A stretch of DNA of 64,000 nt, filler included, from Collodictyon triciliatum (Eukaryota), in the NCBI GenBank assembly GCA_043381765.1. It is 18 parts of 18 records of this genome, joined end to end, with 100 filler letters (N's around TTAATTAATTAA, not from the genome) between each part and the next. Parts side by side here need not be neighbours in the genome. Positions count along the whole stretch, not along the records: positions 32,172 to 35,623 come from JBHJMP010007303.1; positions 35,724 to 39,175 come from JBHJMP010007304.1; positions 39,276 to 42,724 come from JBHJMP010007305.1; positions 42,825 to 46,273 come from JBHJMP010007306.1; 14 more parts are not named here. The stretch is one strand, 5' to 3'. The position numbers and the translations under genes are program-made. The notes beneath the pieces were generated by a model. The model was not told the DNA's origin and searched no databases. It saw only the letters and a list, made by a program, of their open reading frames with translations. The first letter of the stretch is position 1. Every line of letters begins with the position of its first letter. This document shows positions 32,385-44,660 of this stretch, piece by piece.

Positions 32385-35232
32385 TTAGGTAGCTTTTTGA
32401 AGTGGGATCGATGGACGAGAATGACGTTGCCATCTCTTCAAGTGGAGATATTGATAAATATCTAAGTTTATAAATGGATTTTTTTATTTCAACCTGCTTA
32501 CTATTCATATATAGCTAATTACTTTGGAAAATATATGATCAAATCATTCTTTCAAATATATGGTGTCTGTAGAGAAATATAATTCAAAAGAAAAATGGAA
32601 ACCTTAGAGCCATTTCTACATGTTGTTTTACATCCTGTATTCTAGCTCCTCCAGGTATAGATATGGACTTCATGATTTCTTCAAGCTGCTCTCTGATTAA
32701 TCGAATGTTGTTCTTGAGCTGTATTCTAAATTATGTCGTTATTTTATTCCTTTTTAGAAAATAATCATGAAAATCTTCATAGATGTATCCTTCAATATAA
32801 GGAATAAAATAGTATCCGAATAAAACTGCTTTCTGAAGCTTTTATTCATACATTTGAGACTGACTGATATGAACTCTAACAGGTGCGTGCCTTGTAAACT
32901 CCCCCATGAATGAACTTGATACGTACTGCAGGTATCCATATAAATGAATATTTAAATAAAAGATAGCAATATGAATATACACAAAATTTTGGAGAATTCC
33001 AGAATAAATGCGAAAACTATCGGCATGTATAATCATCACGTACATCTTCCAAATCACTTATCATTGCTTCAGTCAATCTCATGATGTTGCTTGTTCCTAA
33101 GAAAAAAATTGTATCAAACCAGACTATTGTGGATTAAGGGTCATATATATTATTTCCACGCCATGAGTCAAGTTATTAATCAAAAAGAAAAAAACCTGTC
33201 TGGTTTTCGTTTACACTGCCGATAGAAAAGGTCTTTCTAAACAATTTTCAAGATATACGAAATAATTGCAAGAGTGCACAATTTCACAGTAAATAAATAT
33301 CCGAATTTATAAATGAATTAGTTGTTTTAGAGCCAAATTTACGTCTGAATCCTTTCATGTTGTTGGTTCTTGGAAATCATGGCCATATATTATGGTTAGA
33401 GTTGATTAAGAGAGAATATTATAGACTCATCAACATATTAATGGTGTTCATGTATTTTACATTGAAGTGTGTTGTAATGTTTGTTAAGCAGACCTCTTCT
33501 TGGCGATTCGCATCTTTCATCTTTTCTATTTCATCCTTCAACTTCTGTATTTCTCTCTTCAACTTTTCATCTTGTGGAGGCAAGTTTTCATTATCTGAAG
33601 TGCATTTATTATGTAGTCAAGTGGAATAGATGAATGAAAAAGAGAAAATGCCTAAAATCTCATTCGCTCACTAACCGCTCACTGCTTTAGATTTTATGGA
33701 GCTAGATGAGTATTGATCAGGGCCTTTCTATGATAATTTTACACACATTGGCAAGTCGGTATGCCTTAAACTTTTGAAGGACTGGATTGCGTTTGAGCAA
33801 TCGTTATTGAAAATCTTGTGAGTAAAAAGAAAAGAAAGTATACTAACTCTTTTCATATCATATACTTGACGAGTTAATTGGGCAATTTCATCTTCAAGGT
33901 TTTTCTTTCTTAATTCCCAGCTACTTTTCTACAGAGTATGGATTAAGTTGTATGAAACCATACTTTGTTCTTAAACTAAGCAACAACGTATCTACTATTC
34001 CCGTATCTACAGAAATCATTCATTACATAAATATTTCGAAACTACCTGAATCAGTAGTTTTTCGATTTCTTTGTCTTTTTCTCTTATAACTTGTATAAAG
34101 TCGGTGCTTCCATTTGACGCCGAGTAACTATCCTTTATTTGTTTTATAAAAAAAATTACCTTATAAAGATATTAATTTGTGACATGAAGAGGTATGGAGG
34201 TACAGTTCTTTAATGTGATGTAATACTTTTGATATAGATGAATTCGTCTCCTTGTGAGCACTTGATTGATATCTTGGACTAAAGTATGAAATATTCTGGG
34301 GTTCTTGTGATGACATCACATTATGCAGGTTACTTGAAGTCTTCTGAATAACTTCCTTTCAATTTTGTAACGAACTGTGTTGAAATCATTTCATACATAT
34401 TCGCAAACATTTTCAGTGACACAAAAACATCGTATAGTAAATCAACAAAATTAATAATGCCTAAAAAGAAAAAAAAAGGACCCATATCGAGCAAACTATA
34501 CAAAATAAAGGAAACAAGATCAATGATGTAACAGAAAAGAGGGTTCCACATAATTCTTTGCGCTTACATCAGTTCCCTCCTTTGAAAATAGTGTGTATCC
34601 ACCTGTAGATAACTCTGATTCTCTGAGCCATGTCTAAGGTTTATAAACCATCAAACTTGTAGATACTTAATAAACATGAGAATAAGAAGAAAAGGTATGG
34701 GATTATGGAGAAGTCTGATAAGGGAATATGATTGTCAAGGATATGACACCAAGTATAGAGCTTTGTTGTTATTCATAAACCCATCAGGTATGAATAGGAA
34801 AATAAAAAAGGATAAAAAGCAAAGGCCTGGAAGAGAGATATAGAATGAAGTTGACTAATCAGAACAACCTTTTCCATGAAGGTGGACTGCATCTGGGAGA
34901 CCGAGGCAAGCATCTTTTTCTGGAGAGCAGACATGGCAGAGGCTATGTCCCGCTCAAATGCTCTTCCCGCACGAATCCAACCTTCTTCCCCTTCTTTGTG
35001 AGCAGTGCATATACCCAGCCACGATTGCCGCAAAGCCACGTCGGCCTCGCCCACTTGCAAGTCGATCGATCGCAGAAGCCGATCAAAGAGCGTCTTTGCG
35101 TGGAAACGTTCGGCACTTTCAGAGGCAGTCGTGTTGGTACCGAACCGTCGAGAGTCCCGAGCTGAATCCATCGCTTTCAAAGTGGCCTTTGTGCCTCCTC
35201 TGATGTTCTTTTCCTCTGTTCTGTACGCGTTC
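32385..35232 (-). CDS. Multi-exon protein of unknown function, probably coiled-coil; boundaries uncertain
   Basis: GC-rich exon ~34869-35232 (…FHAKTLFDRLLRSIDLQVGEADVALRQSW…) and several short GT-AG-bounded charged, heptad-like exons (e.g. DEKLKREIQKLKDEIEKMKDANRQEE). Confidence 0.5.
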
Positions 35233-37099
35233 TGTGGAGAAAACAGCGTGGTTTTGTTTTTGTTTTTGTTTGTTTGGTTGGTTGGGACTCTCTGTGGGGT
35301 TTTCTTTGGGTCTTTGAGTTTCAGAGTTTCCGCCCAGCTAAATGCACAATTTTGGCTTCTTTTGTTGATTCCCTTGATTTAACACCAGCACATCCGGTAA
35401 ACAAAGGGCAAGATATGTGTGCATGGGAAGAGCAAACGCGAGTAGGGGAAGACACTACCGTGGAGAGGGTAGCACTGGAAAGAAATCAGTGGTAGCGAGT
35501 TGGTCAGGTGGGCGACCCAACTGGTTGATTGGTTGCGTGGGCAGCAGGGGTTGGATATGCTGTGGGAGATATCGCACGACACATTCCCACATCTCTCTTC
35601 GCTTGCGGTCAGAGTAGCGAAGANNNNNNNNNNNNNNNNNNNNNNNNNNNNNNNNNNNNNNNNNNNNTTAATTAATTAANNNNNNNNNNNNNNNNNNNNN
35701 NNNNNNNNNNNNNNNNNNNNNNNTATGTATGTATGTATGTATGTATGTATGTATGTATGTATGTATGTATGTATGTATGTATGTATGTATGTATGTATGT
35801 ATGTTTATATTTTTTTTTTACTGCTCTGAGAAAGAATCAGATTTGTCCTTTTTTTTTGTTTGTCGGCCCGAATTATTTCTTTCCTTACATTTCTACATTA
35901 TTAAATATTATTTCTTCGATGTAGTATTTTATGCCTTTTTTTTTAAAAAAAATTCAGTTAAAAAAAGCTATGCCTAATTTATTTAATCTTCCAACCAATT
36001 TGAAACATTTAAAATCCAGACCTGATTCGCTAGCTAATCTTTTAATAATGTTATTTTTTTTTTCTTGTTCACATGCCACAATAGCATCGCCTCAACACAT
36101 ACCATCATCACATGGCCAGATGCATCATAATAAGTCACACGATGGTAAAATATTTTGTGATATTTTTACAAATAATACTAGTTGGTTCATATTTTCAGTC
36201 ATCCGGTAGTTAAGTACTGTCTCTTATTACCGTGAATAAAACTCGAGATGTAGTTCATCTTCTTCATTCCCTTTTATCTATTCATTTATCTTGATGTAAA
36301 AACGTATTTTTATGTGTTGCAGTGATTCAACTGGATATTTCTTATTACCGAAGAGCCTTGGATTCTGAGGAAAAGGCGACAAGGGCTAGTTAGTCTTTTT
36401 CTAACTAAATTGAACACTTTTCTTTACAGGATTATGATATATTAACCGCCATTTTATTTTACATTTATGCAGTAGTCAATATAAAAGAATAAAAAAGAAG
36501 CAAATTTTATATTTAAGCTAATATATCTTTTATATAATTACTTCTCTAACTTCGATTTTCAATCATCGAAGCTGTTCCTTTTCACACAATTCGAAGCGAC
36601 CATACATCGGGGTCATCACACTTTCGCTCTGTTAAAAGTCAGTATAAGATGATCGAAAAATTATCCTATATTATCATTATGATTATTATTAAATCACCAA
36701 GAGTTAGAACAAATATGCATATCCCACAATTATTTACTACAATCCTCCCTTCACTTAGATATTTTTTTATCAGTAAAAGCGGAAGATGTAATAACTTTAA
36801 AATCGATGAAAATCGCATAATCTGTAGCGCATCCAGATCGCCATCACACACAACCAGATATTGATCCAAGTTCAAGTGGGTTCGTCGTTTTTCCAGTTCC
36901 GCTGCTCGAGACTCATATGGTGCGCCCGAGGCAAGTTACAACACCATTGATGTCCGCTCATGTTGTGGGTGACATGAAAGGACATCAAATTCCTTTGTCT
37001 TCCATTACAGAGCCCCCAAAATCTGAACTGCAGTCATATTCATATTCGCGGACTCTTCAAGCGTCGCATCAAACATGTACCTTTATTATTAGTATTATT

Positions 37100-37199
<100 letters not shown>

Positions 37200-38287
37200 T
37201 CAACAAACATATACACACGAATAAATGACATTGAATATCTCTTGAATCAGTCTTTTAATGTTCATGGCAAAATCGGTCATCCCAGCACTTCATCCACCAC
37301 GCGTCTGGCGTTCAGAGCCAAAGAAGCCGAAGCTGCTTCCCAGCATGCAGGATAGGAAAATAATCAGTCTGGCCGATGTGTGTGCCATTATTACCCCACG
37401 CGAAATGATTTTGACACCTGAAGTCAGACTTACCGCATGAAACAAACCATATCTAAAATGCGATCTAGAAATATTAATTATGTGCATAATTTACGCAGGC
37501 ACACAACGCTAGCTTTGTCTCACCTGCTTTGTGCAGCAGACTCGGGATGCAAAAACTGGAACCGGACTTGCGCTTGGGAAGTCGCTCGCCATCACACTGA
37601 TTGCTGCATTGCTCATGTCACATCTTTCTCTTCTCTAAATAGCCCATTATATCTAGCCACCCATCGTGTGTATAATAAAAAGAATTCAAAAAAATCTTCG
37701 TTCTCTTGTCCTTGGCTTATGGAGACCATGAATGAGCCTGGCGCTGTTTGGGATGACACCGTGTTCGGGTCTGCATCACCAAAAGCGGATACCGTCCGAG
37801 CCGCCATGGCTATCGGAAGCGCTTTTATACATTTCTGGATATTATATACAATTACAATATATATAAGAAATTTTCCAAAATATTTGACAGAGTATTGAAT
37901 TGATTATATAATATATTGAAAATGATTTGAAAAGTGTGGTAGAATTGAGGAGGTGACAGATCCTAGATTACAGATTTTTTTTGCTAGCTTTCGTGCGTAT
38001 AGTCCAGTTCATGCCATTAATTTTATTTAAAAGAGCTGTTGGTTCCTCTATTACAAACACGTGGATAATCGACGTTTGACTCCGTCCCTCACGAACCTCC
38101 CCGATGTTTACCGCTCCACGAAATTCATCAACGCTGACATTTGGCTCCCTGGGGCTCTTTGATCGGGCGCTGTCAGAAAATACAGCGTCAACTCATTCCC
38201 AACCCAATATCGCTCTTCTTCTATGCTCCTTTCTTGTTTTGTTTTCCTTTTTTTCAGTAGCTTTTCCTAGGTTTCCATTCTGCTGCA

Positions 38288-39052
38288 ATGTCCGATCACA
38301 TTGTGCTTCTGGAAGAACTCCGCGAGGTTGTCAGAGATCCCAACATTGCCACACTGCAAGACCGCAAGTCGCTCAGTCTCCACAGACAAAATCTCCAGCA
38401 CGTCCCGCGCGGGGTTTTCCTTCTTTCTGGTTTGGTGCGTTTGACTCTGTCCCACAATCAGCTGCTTTTTCTACCACCAGAGATATCACACTTGATGGCC
38501 CTGGACATGCTTTCTCTTCATGATAATCAGCTGTTCCTGCTACCTCCTGAAATATCGGCCCTGTCGAGCCTCTCGACGCTGAATCTTTGCGGCAATTATT
38601 TATCAATCCTGCCAAAAGAAATATCCTGCTTGACGGCCCTCGTGTCTCTCTATTTAAATGAAAATCAGCTACGATTCATACCTCCTGAGATATCCTATCT
38701 AACCGGCCTCACCGAGTTCTTTGTTCACAAAAATCCGGTACCCGTATATGTAATCTGTATACTGATTTCTCTCCTCATATATATTTTTGGTGCGAATACC
38801 ATCGTGCATAATTAATAGTAAAAAAGAAAAAAAGAGCCCTCAACCTTTTATTCATTTTTATATTTTCAATATAGATAGATGAGCTCCCAGTTCAAATTAC
38901 AGCACTCACGAATGTGCAGATAATATTTGTCCACGGAGGTTGGAGGCAGACTATAAAAAGAGCACCGTACGGCATCACAAATCTCCCTTGTTGGTATAAC
39001 ACTAGTTACGGAGATTATCGCCACATCCGGGCTCTGCAGCTCTATGAACGAG
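38288..39052 (+). CDS. Leucine-rich repeat protein; 3' end truncated
   Basis: Repeats of LxxLxLxxNQLxxLPPEIS in exon 1 (38288-~38739); exon 2 (~38875-39052) IDELPVQITALTN...KRAPYGITNLPCW. Confidence 0.85.
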
Positions 39053-39275
39053 TATGTTTCTCAAGTAAAAAAAACAAAAAACAAAAAACCAAAAAACCAA
39101 AAAACCAAAAAACCAAAAAACCAAAAAACCAAAAAACCAAAAAACCAAAAAACCAAAAAACCAAAAAACCAAAAANNNNNNNNNNNNNNNNNNNNNNNNN
39201 NNNNNNNNNNNNNNNNNNNTTAATTAATTAANNNNNNNNNNNNNNNNNNNNNNNNNNNNNNNNNNNNNNNNNNNN

Positions 39276-39460
39276 AGAAAACAAAAGAACAAAAGAAAAC
39301 AAAAGAAAACAAAAGAAAACAAAAGAAAACAAAAGAAAACAAAAGAAAACAAAAGAAAACAAAAGAAAACAAAAGAAAACAAAAGAAAACAAAAGAAAAC
39401 AAAAGAAAACAAAAGAAAACAAAAGAAAACAAAAGAAAACAAACGAAAACAAAAGAAAAC
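39276..39460 (+). repeat. (AAAAGAAAAC)n tandem repeat
   Basis: Directly visible. Confidence 0.95.
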
Positions 39461-39496
39461 AATCATATTCATTTATTAAATAATTGTAACATACAG

Positions 39497-40411
39497 CTAC
39501 ACTACCTTCTCTGCCGAGTTTGCATCATCCAAATCCCTCGAAGGAGTTTGTCCTTTTAGTCTTACATGTTTAATCATAACAAAATCAGTCTATTTACTTC
39601 TTAGTACAGTATACCTAATATTACAATAAAAAAATTCGATACCTTTTCCTAGGCTGTGCTGTCGTCTAAAAATGACGTTTCTCTTCTTAAAAACGATATG
39701 GAGCACACTTTGAACGGGTACACATCTGACATCAAGAGAGAAAACGAACGGATTAAATCTGAGGTGGCCTATTTGAAGACAGAGCTTAAGTAAGTTTAGA
39801 AGCTCCGCTTGACCGAAACAAATTCATTTCAATACTTCGACCAAAGTATACTACGCTTAATTCTCACCTAAACTCCACTTAATCCTTCTGTAGATATGAA
39901 ATTGAGAGGATTCAAGGAAACCAGAAGTTGGACTTGAATCTCGAGAGAGGACGCATTCAGGTTACTTACCCCACGACATCACTTGGAATTAAATTGAAAT
40001 AGTGAGCCATAACACCAAGACTTGAATGTACTGTTGAACACTGTTTTCTTTCACACTAATAAAATAGGAACTCCTGGCTGGGATTGACGGCAAGATTATC
40101 ACAATCGACAAAAAGATGACCCAAGACATAAATACAATCAAAACAAACATGGAAGCTCTAAAATACGATGTTATCAAGTATTGTGTTGGTGAGTATTTGA
40201 ATATATCTGTTCCTTACGTATATTTCTTTAGATATATAGTTATGGAGTCGTCATTTTATATTGGCATCTATGAATTTGATTTTACCTGAATGGAAGATTA
40301 TTCATGACATGGCTGGCAAAGTCTTCTCTACATTTATTTTTATAATCTTGTCAAGGTACAATTTTATCGACGGTTGCTGCCGGTCTTGCTTTGCTGCGCA
40401 TTTTATTTTGA
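39497..40411 (+). CDS. CCDC90/MCUR1-like mitochondrial coiled-coil protein (DUF1640), C-terminal exons
   Basis: IKRENERIKSEV...YEIERIQGNQKLDLNLERGRI...IKTNMEALKYDVIKYCVGTILSTVAAGLALLRILF* matches the DUF1640 C-terminus with its TM helix. Confidence 0.88.
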
Positions 40412-40858
40412 CCAAAAATGCTTTGTGCGGTAGCCAGTTCATGAAACATGAAGAAACAAGAAAGCCAACCGAGCGTGCCGAAACAATGACAGGCGATGTT
40501 ATACATAAAAGCTATATCATTTTTTTTTTCGTTTTATTGGTGTGTTTTCGGTTTGCTGAGTACATAAGAGATCATTTATCTCCTGGACTTCTTCGATGTA
40601 ATGGACAGGGTTGTTGAATGTGAATCATGCACTCTAAAAAAACCGCATGTTTTGGTGTAGGTACAGTGCTCACATTTTACATTACTACTAAGCATCAGCA
40701 ATCTATTTGATTTGCAATTATTTTTTATATAGATCTAAATCGTAGCTCAATGAATCACAATTCATGCGATGATTTTTATGAGGGTAATTTCAGAACATCT
40801 CCTTTGGGAAAATCAAAACGATGATATATTGAAAAACAAACAAAGAGACAAAACACAC

Positions 40859-42497
40859 ATAGTTATCTGACAAGTCCAGGCTTTCGAGTCGTGTCATAAG
40901 TAACAGGCATTCGGGAACTTTGGTTAACTATATTGGAACGCAGGCATGTGAGACATAACAAAAAAGACAGGGAGTGCGGTGTCAACCTTCCCCAATCGAG
41001 TAACAAAAAGAAGTAAGAAAAAGGAAGAGGGAAAAGAGATAAAAAGAAGAAATAAGATGCTGAAAACTGCAAAAAAACCACAAAAAAATAAGAATGAAAG
41101 TTATTCCATTCTTAAGGAAACCTTGTTGCTGTTTATATCTAGCGAGATAAGTTTTGTCAATAGCGAAAAGGAATCCGGTAGGGTTGAAATCTAGGCGAAG
41201 CAAACTAACTTATTTCCGGCACGAACCAGTCAAGATGTGTCATTATTATTTCTTTATTTTCTTGATGGATGGACACATATACGTATACATATACATACGC
41301 ATATGCACACTCATACATATATACTAAAAAAAGAAGAAGAAAGGGCGGAGCATTGGAAGAGTCCCACCTCGTTGCTGGAAATATCCAACGATGTAAAATT
41401 TCTCCAAGTATCGAGAAGATGTGCGACAGTCACTAAAGATTCTCCTACGTAGTAAGGCGGGTGGTTGTACAGTTGCAAGGAATGGAGATATCTCTTGTGG
41501 TTATAATGTTGGTTATCCCAACACGGGAGCTTCTTGATCCCATAAGGCGCCTTCTTGACATTTGGAGAGCCACGATTCGCAAAGATGAGTGTGTCAAGTA
41601 ACTTGAGATTGGTGATGGCCTCGGGCAGTACAGAAACCTATTGTATTAGTCCAATAAAAAAAAGAAAAAGAAAAAGGAAAAAAGGAAAAAAAGAAAAGAA
41701 AAAAAGAAAAAAGAAAAAAAGAAAAAAAGAAAAAAAGAAAAAAAGAAAAAAAGATTGAGAAATTGGATTATTTAAAATCTATGAAGGGATGAGATTCGAA
41801 ATTGAATATCATTATTCACACAAAAAATACTAATGATTTCTTAATATGAAGAGTTACCAAATACAAAAAAAGAGAAGCGAAATTGTTTCTAGTACAAAGA
41901 AGCATATTAAAAAAAATTCACATAAGTTATTTTTCGTCAAACCTGGTTATCTAATAAATTGATATGGGTGAGGGTGGTCATCTGAGATATCTCCACAGGC
42001 AACTCAGATATATAATTCGAATTAATACTGATATGGCGAATATCAGGAAGTATGCTGAGAGAGATTGGGAAGGAGGTAAGCCCATTGTGCGAAAGGTCGA
42101 TTATGCTCAGGTTGCGCAACAATGAGATTTGCGAATGAAAGGTCGTTATGCGGTTATAACTCAGTTTGAGTATATGTAGCTCCGTCAAGCTACGTAATTC
42201 ACTCGGTAGGCATGAAATCTCGTTGTGCTCAAACTCTAAAACTCGCAGCTTCTTCAGTTTGAATATATCGGAGGGGAAGGATGTCAACTTGTGGCGACTC
42301 ATGTGGAGCTCAGCAAGATTTTTCAGGCAAGACAAACGGACCGGTAGAGCCAGAAGAAATCCTTGAGGTATTTCAAGGTACGTACACTCCCTGATGTTCC
42401 CTAAAGGCCACCATCTTATCATAACTCCTTCCCACGGAGCTTTCGGAGCAATCGGGTATGTGACGTGTGCCGCCGGTTTTGCCTGTTTGTTACCCAT
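40859..42497 (-). CDS. Leucine-rich repeat protein with N-terminal MGNKQAK; final exon unresolved
   Basis: LRRs in exon 1 (42497-~41944); exon 2 ~41637-41368; 69-nt exons 41122-41190 (ISTLPDSFSLLTKLISLDINSNK) and 40859-40927 (LTKVPECLLLMTRLESLDLSDNY). Confidence 0.85.
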
Positions 42498-42617
42498 ACT
42501 TGCGTCAACGCCTACAAAACAAAGTCAGTGCAGTGAGCGACAATTACAAAAATTCTAGTTCTTTGTCAGAACAATAATTCTAGATTAGATAATCAATGCC
42601 ATTACAAAAAAAAAAAA

Positions 42618-42724
42618 ATAGAATCGAATAGAATTGAATAGAATTGAATAGAATTGAATAGAATTGAATAGAATTGAATAGAATTGAATAGAATTGAATA
42701 GAATTGAATAGAATTGAATAGAAT
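42618..42724 (+). repeat. (GAATTGAATA)n tandem repeat
   Basis: Directly visible. Confidence 0.95.
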
Positions 42725-43324
42725 NNNNNNNNNNNNNNNNNNNNNNNNNNNNNNNNNNNNNNNNNNNNTTAATTAATTAANNNNNNNNNNNNNNNNNNNN
42801 NNNNNNNNNNNNNNNNNNNNNNNNAACAAAAAACAAAAAACAAAAAACAAAAAACAAAAAACAAAAAACAAAAAACAAAAAACAAAAAACAAAAAACAAA
42901 AAACAATACAAAAACAAAACAAAAAAAACCATATAGTCGCACTTTTTTTTTCTTGCGCACGGTGCAGCGTATATTCATTTATAAAGATTATCCGGTCCTG
43001 CTGGCACAGACAACTTGATATCATATGATTTGTCATATAAACACTGCAAATTATTGTCAGAATCAAAATAAATATCAATTTTAAAGACATACAAGGCAAA
43101 ACGATATCAAGCAATCACAATCCCCGATTCATCCTGATGGGTTAACCAAGAGAGCTATACACGGCTCACCTCTCGAGAACAAGCCCAGGATTCAAGATTC
43201 AAGATTCAAGAGACCCGCACAAGCAAATCATTCTTTCTTTCTGCATCGTCCGTTTATGCATTCTTTTCAAGCCAGAGCCATCACACCAAGGCTGACACCA
43301 GCGCATCGAGCGCAGTAACAGCGG

Positions 43325-44050
43325 TTATCGAAGCCTGGGCGGGTCAAACTTTGTCTTGAACTGGATCGACAAGCAGTCATCAAACTTGCGGACAAGCTCC
43401 TCCACATACGGGCCGTGGGAAACATCGCGCACCGTGATGAGAAGCGTTTCCCGGTTGCGAGGAACGACTTCACACGGGACATCAGTGAGACTCTCGAGGC
43501 GATGGCTCCACTGATTTGCGCGGTCAAAGCAGTCCTCAAAGTTGGCCTCTTCGCCGCGCAGCTTGTACTTTACCTCGAACATGTAATAACCCAGATACAT
43601 GTTGTAGCGCGAGTGCTTGTCCCGCAGATGCTCGCGCACTTCATCGTACTCTTCATAGTCTGCACCGTGTTCCAAGTGCGACTCATCGTCTCGGCCAGGA
43701 TGCCGCGAGCTTTGGAAAGCCTCGTAGCGGCTCTTCATCCGCCTTTTGATCTCATCGGCATCCGTCACGTTCTGCTTCTTTGCTTCCCGATGCTCCTGAT
43801 GCAGCAGACGCGCAATGTGGTCGTGTCGGATGCGTTCGCGATGCCGCTCGTGGGTCCGGATTTTGCGCTTTGGCTCGTCCTCGGAAACAGAGTCCGCCTT
43901 CCCAGGCACGGCGTTGTCCAGTTGGCTGCTTTGATTCGCATCCACAGAAACGCCGGACTCGGCTGCTGCTGTGTTTGCTGCCGCGAGAAGAAGGACGCAG
44001 GAAAGTGCGGCCAGAATCATCAAGGGAACCGCGTTTCCGTGGCGCGACAT
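43325..44050 (-). CDS. Secreted/ER protein with a C-terminal MESD-like chaperone domain; intronless
   Basis: Signal peptide, charged linker, then YYMFEV...ANQWSHRL...NRETLLITVRDVSHGPYVEELVRKFDDCLSIQF, resembling the MESD core (LMMFV...LWQGSL...DRAIFMLRDGSYAWEIKDFL..QD.C..V.L). Confidence 0.6.
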   Translation of the reverse strand: MSRHGNAVPLMILAALSCVLLLAAANTAAAESGVSVDANQSSQLDNAVPGKADSVSEDEPKRKIRTHERHRERIRHDHIARLLHQEHREAKKQNVTDADEIKRRMKSRYEAFQSSRHPGRDDESHLEHGADYEEYDEVREHLRDKHSRYNMYLGYYMFEVKYKLRGEEANFEDCFDRANQWSHRLESLTDVPCEVVPRNRETLLITVRDVSHGPYVEELVRKFDDCLSIQFKTKFDPPRLR

Positions 44051-44660
44051 ATTCTGCTTGTCTGCTGGTTTGTTTGTTTGTTTGTTTGTTTGTTTGTTTG
44101 TTTGTTTGTTTGTTTGTTTGTTTGTTTGTTTGTTTGTTTGTGCAGGGGATGAAAAGAAAAAGAAAAAGGAAAGAAAGACGGCGTGAACGAGTTACGCGTT
44201 CTGTGCTTGCCTTATTTTGTTTTGTTTGATCGGATTATTTCTTTAAGTTTCCGTTGCGTCGAAGATGCTTTATTGCCTTTTTTTTTTTAAACGCCTTTTT
44301 GGCATACAAAGAGAAGGTTTATATCTTTGGGTTGAGAAAAGTGGAGGTTGTAGAAGAGCCTGGTCATGCCCTCTTTACCCTACTTGCAGGGTTTTATATG
44401 AAATTACAGTTCATCATGGTTTTGTGTGCATTACATGCGGATGTAATAATATGCTTTCCCCTACTTTTTTTTTCTTGTTAGAAAACGATTAGACGAAATA
44501 TAATAAAAAGAGATTAAATAAAACCAAAACGAAACAATTTTTGCTTAATATCCTCTTGTTTATTCGAAAAAGCCTCTCCATAACTCCGAGCCTGACGACT
44601 GCGAAGGCAAAAACCCCACATGTGATGGTTAAATCCTGCAACGTTAAAGAGAGCACAATT

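Noticed and set aside
43415-44229. Long plus-strand ORFs opposite the MESD-like gene (similarly the shadow ORFs at 3891-5053 and 25009-26214)
   Set aside because: Antisense or alternate-frame shadows of GC-rich coding sequence that run into simple repeats.
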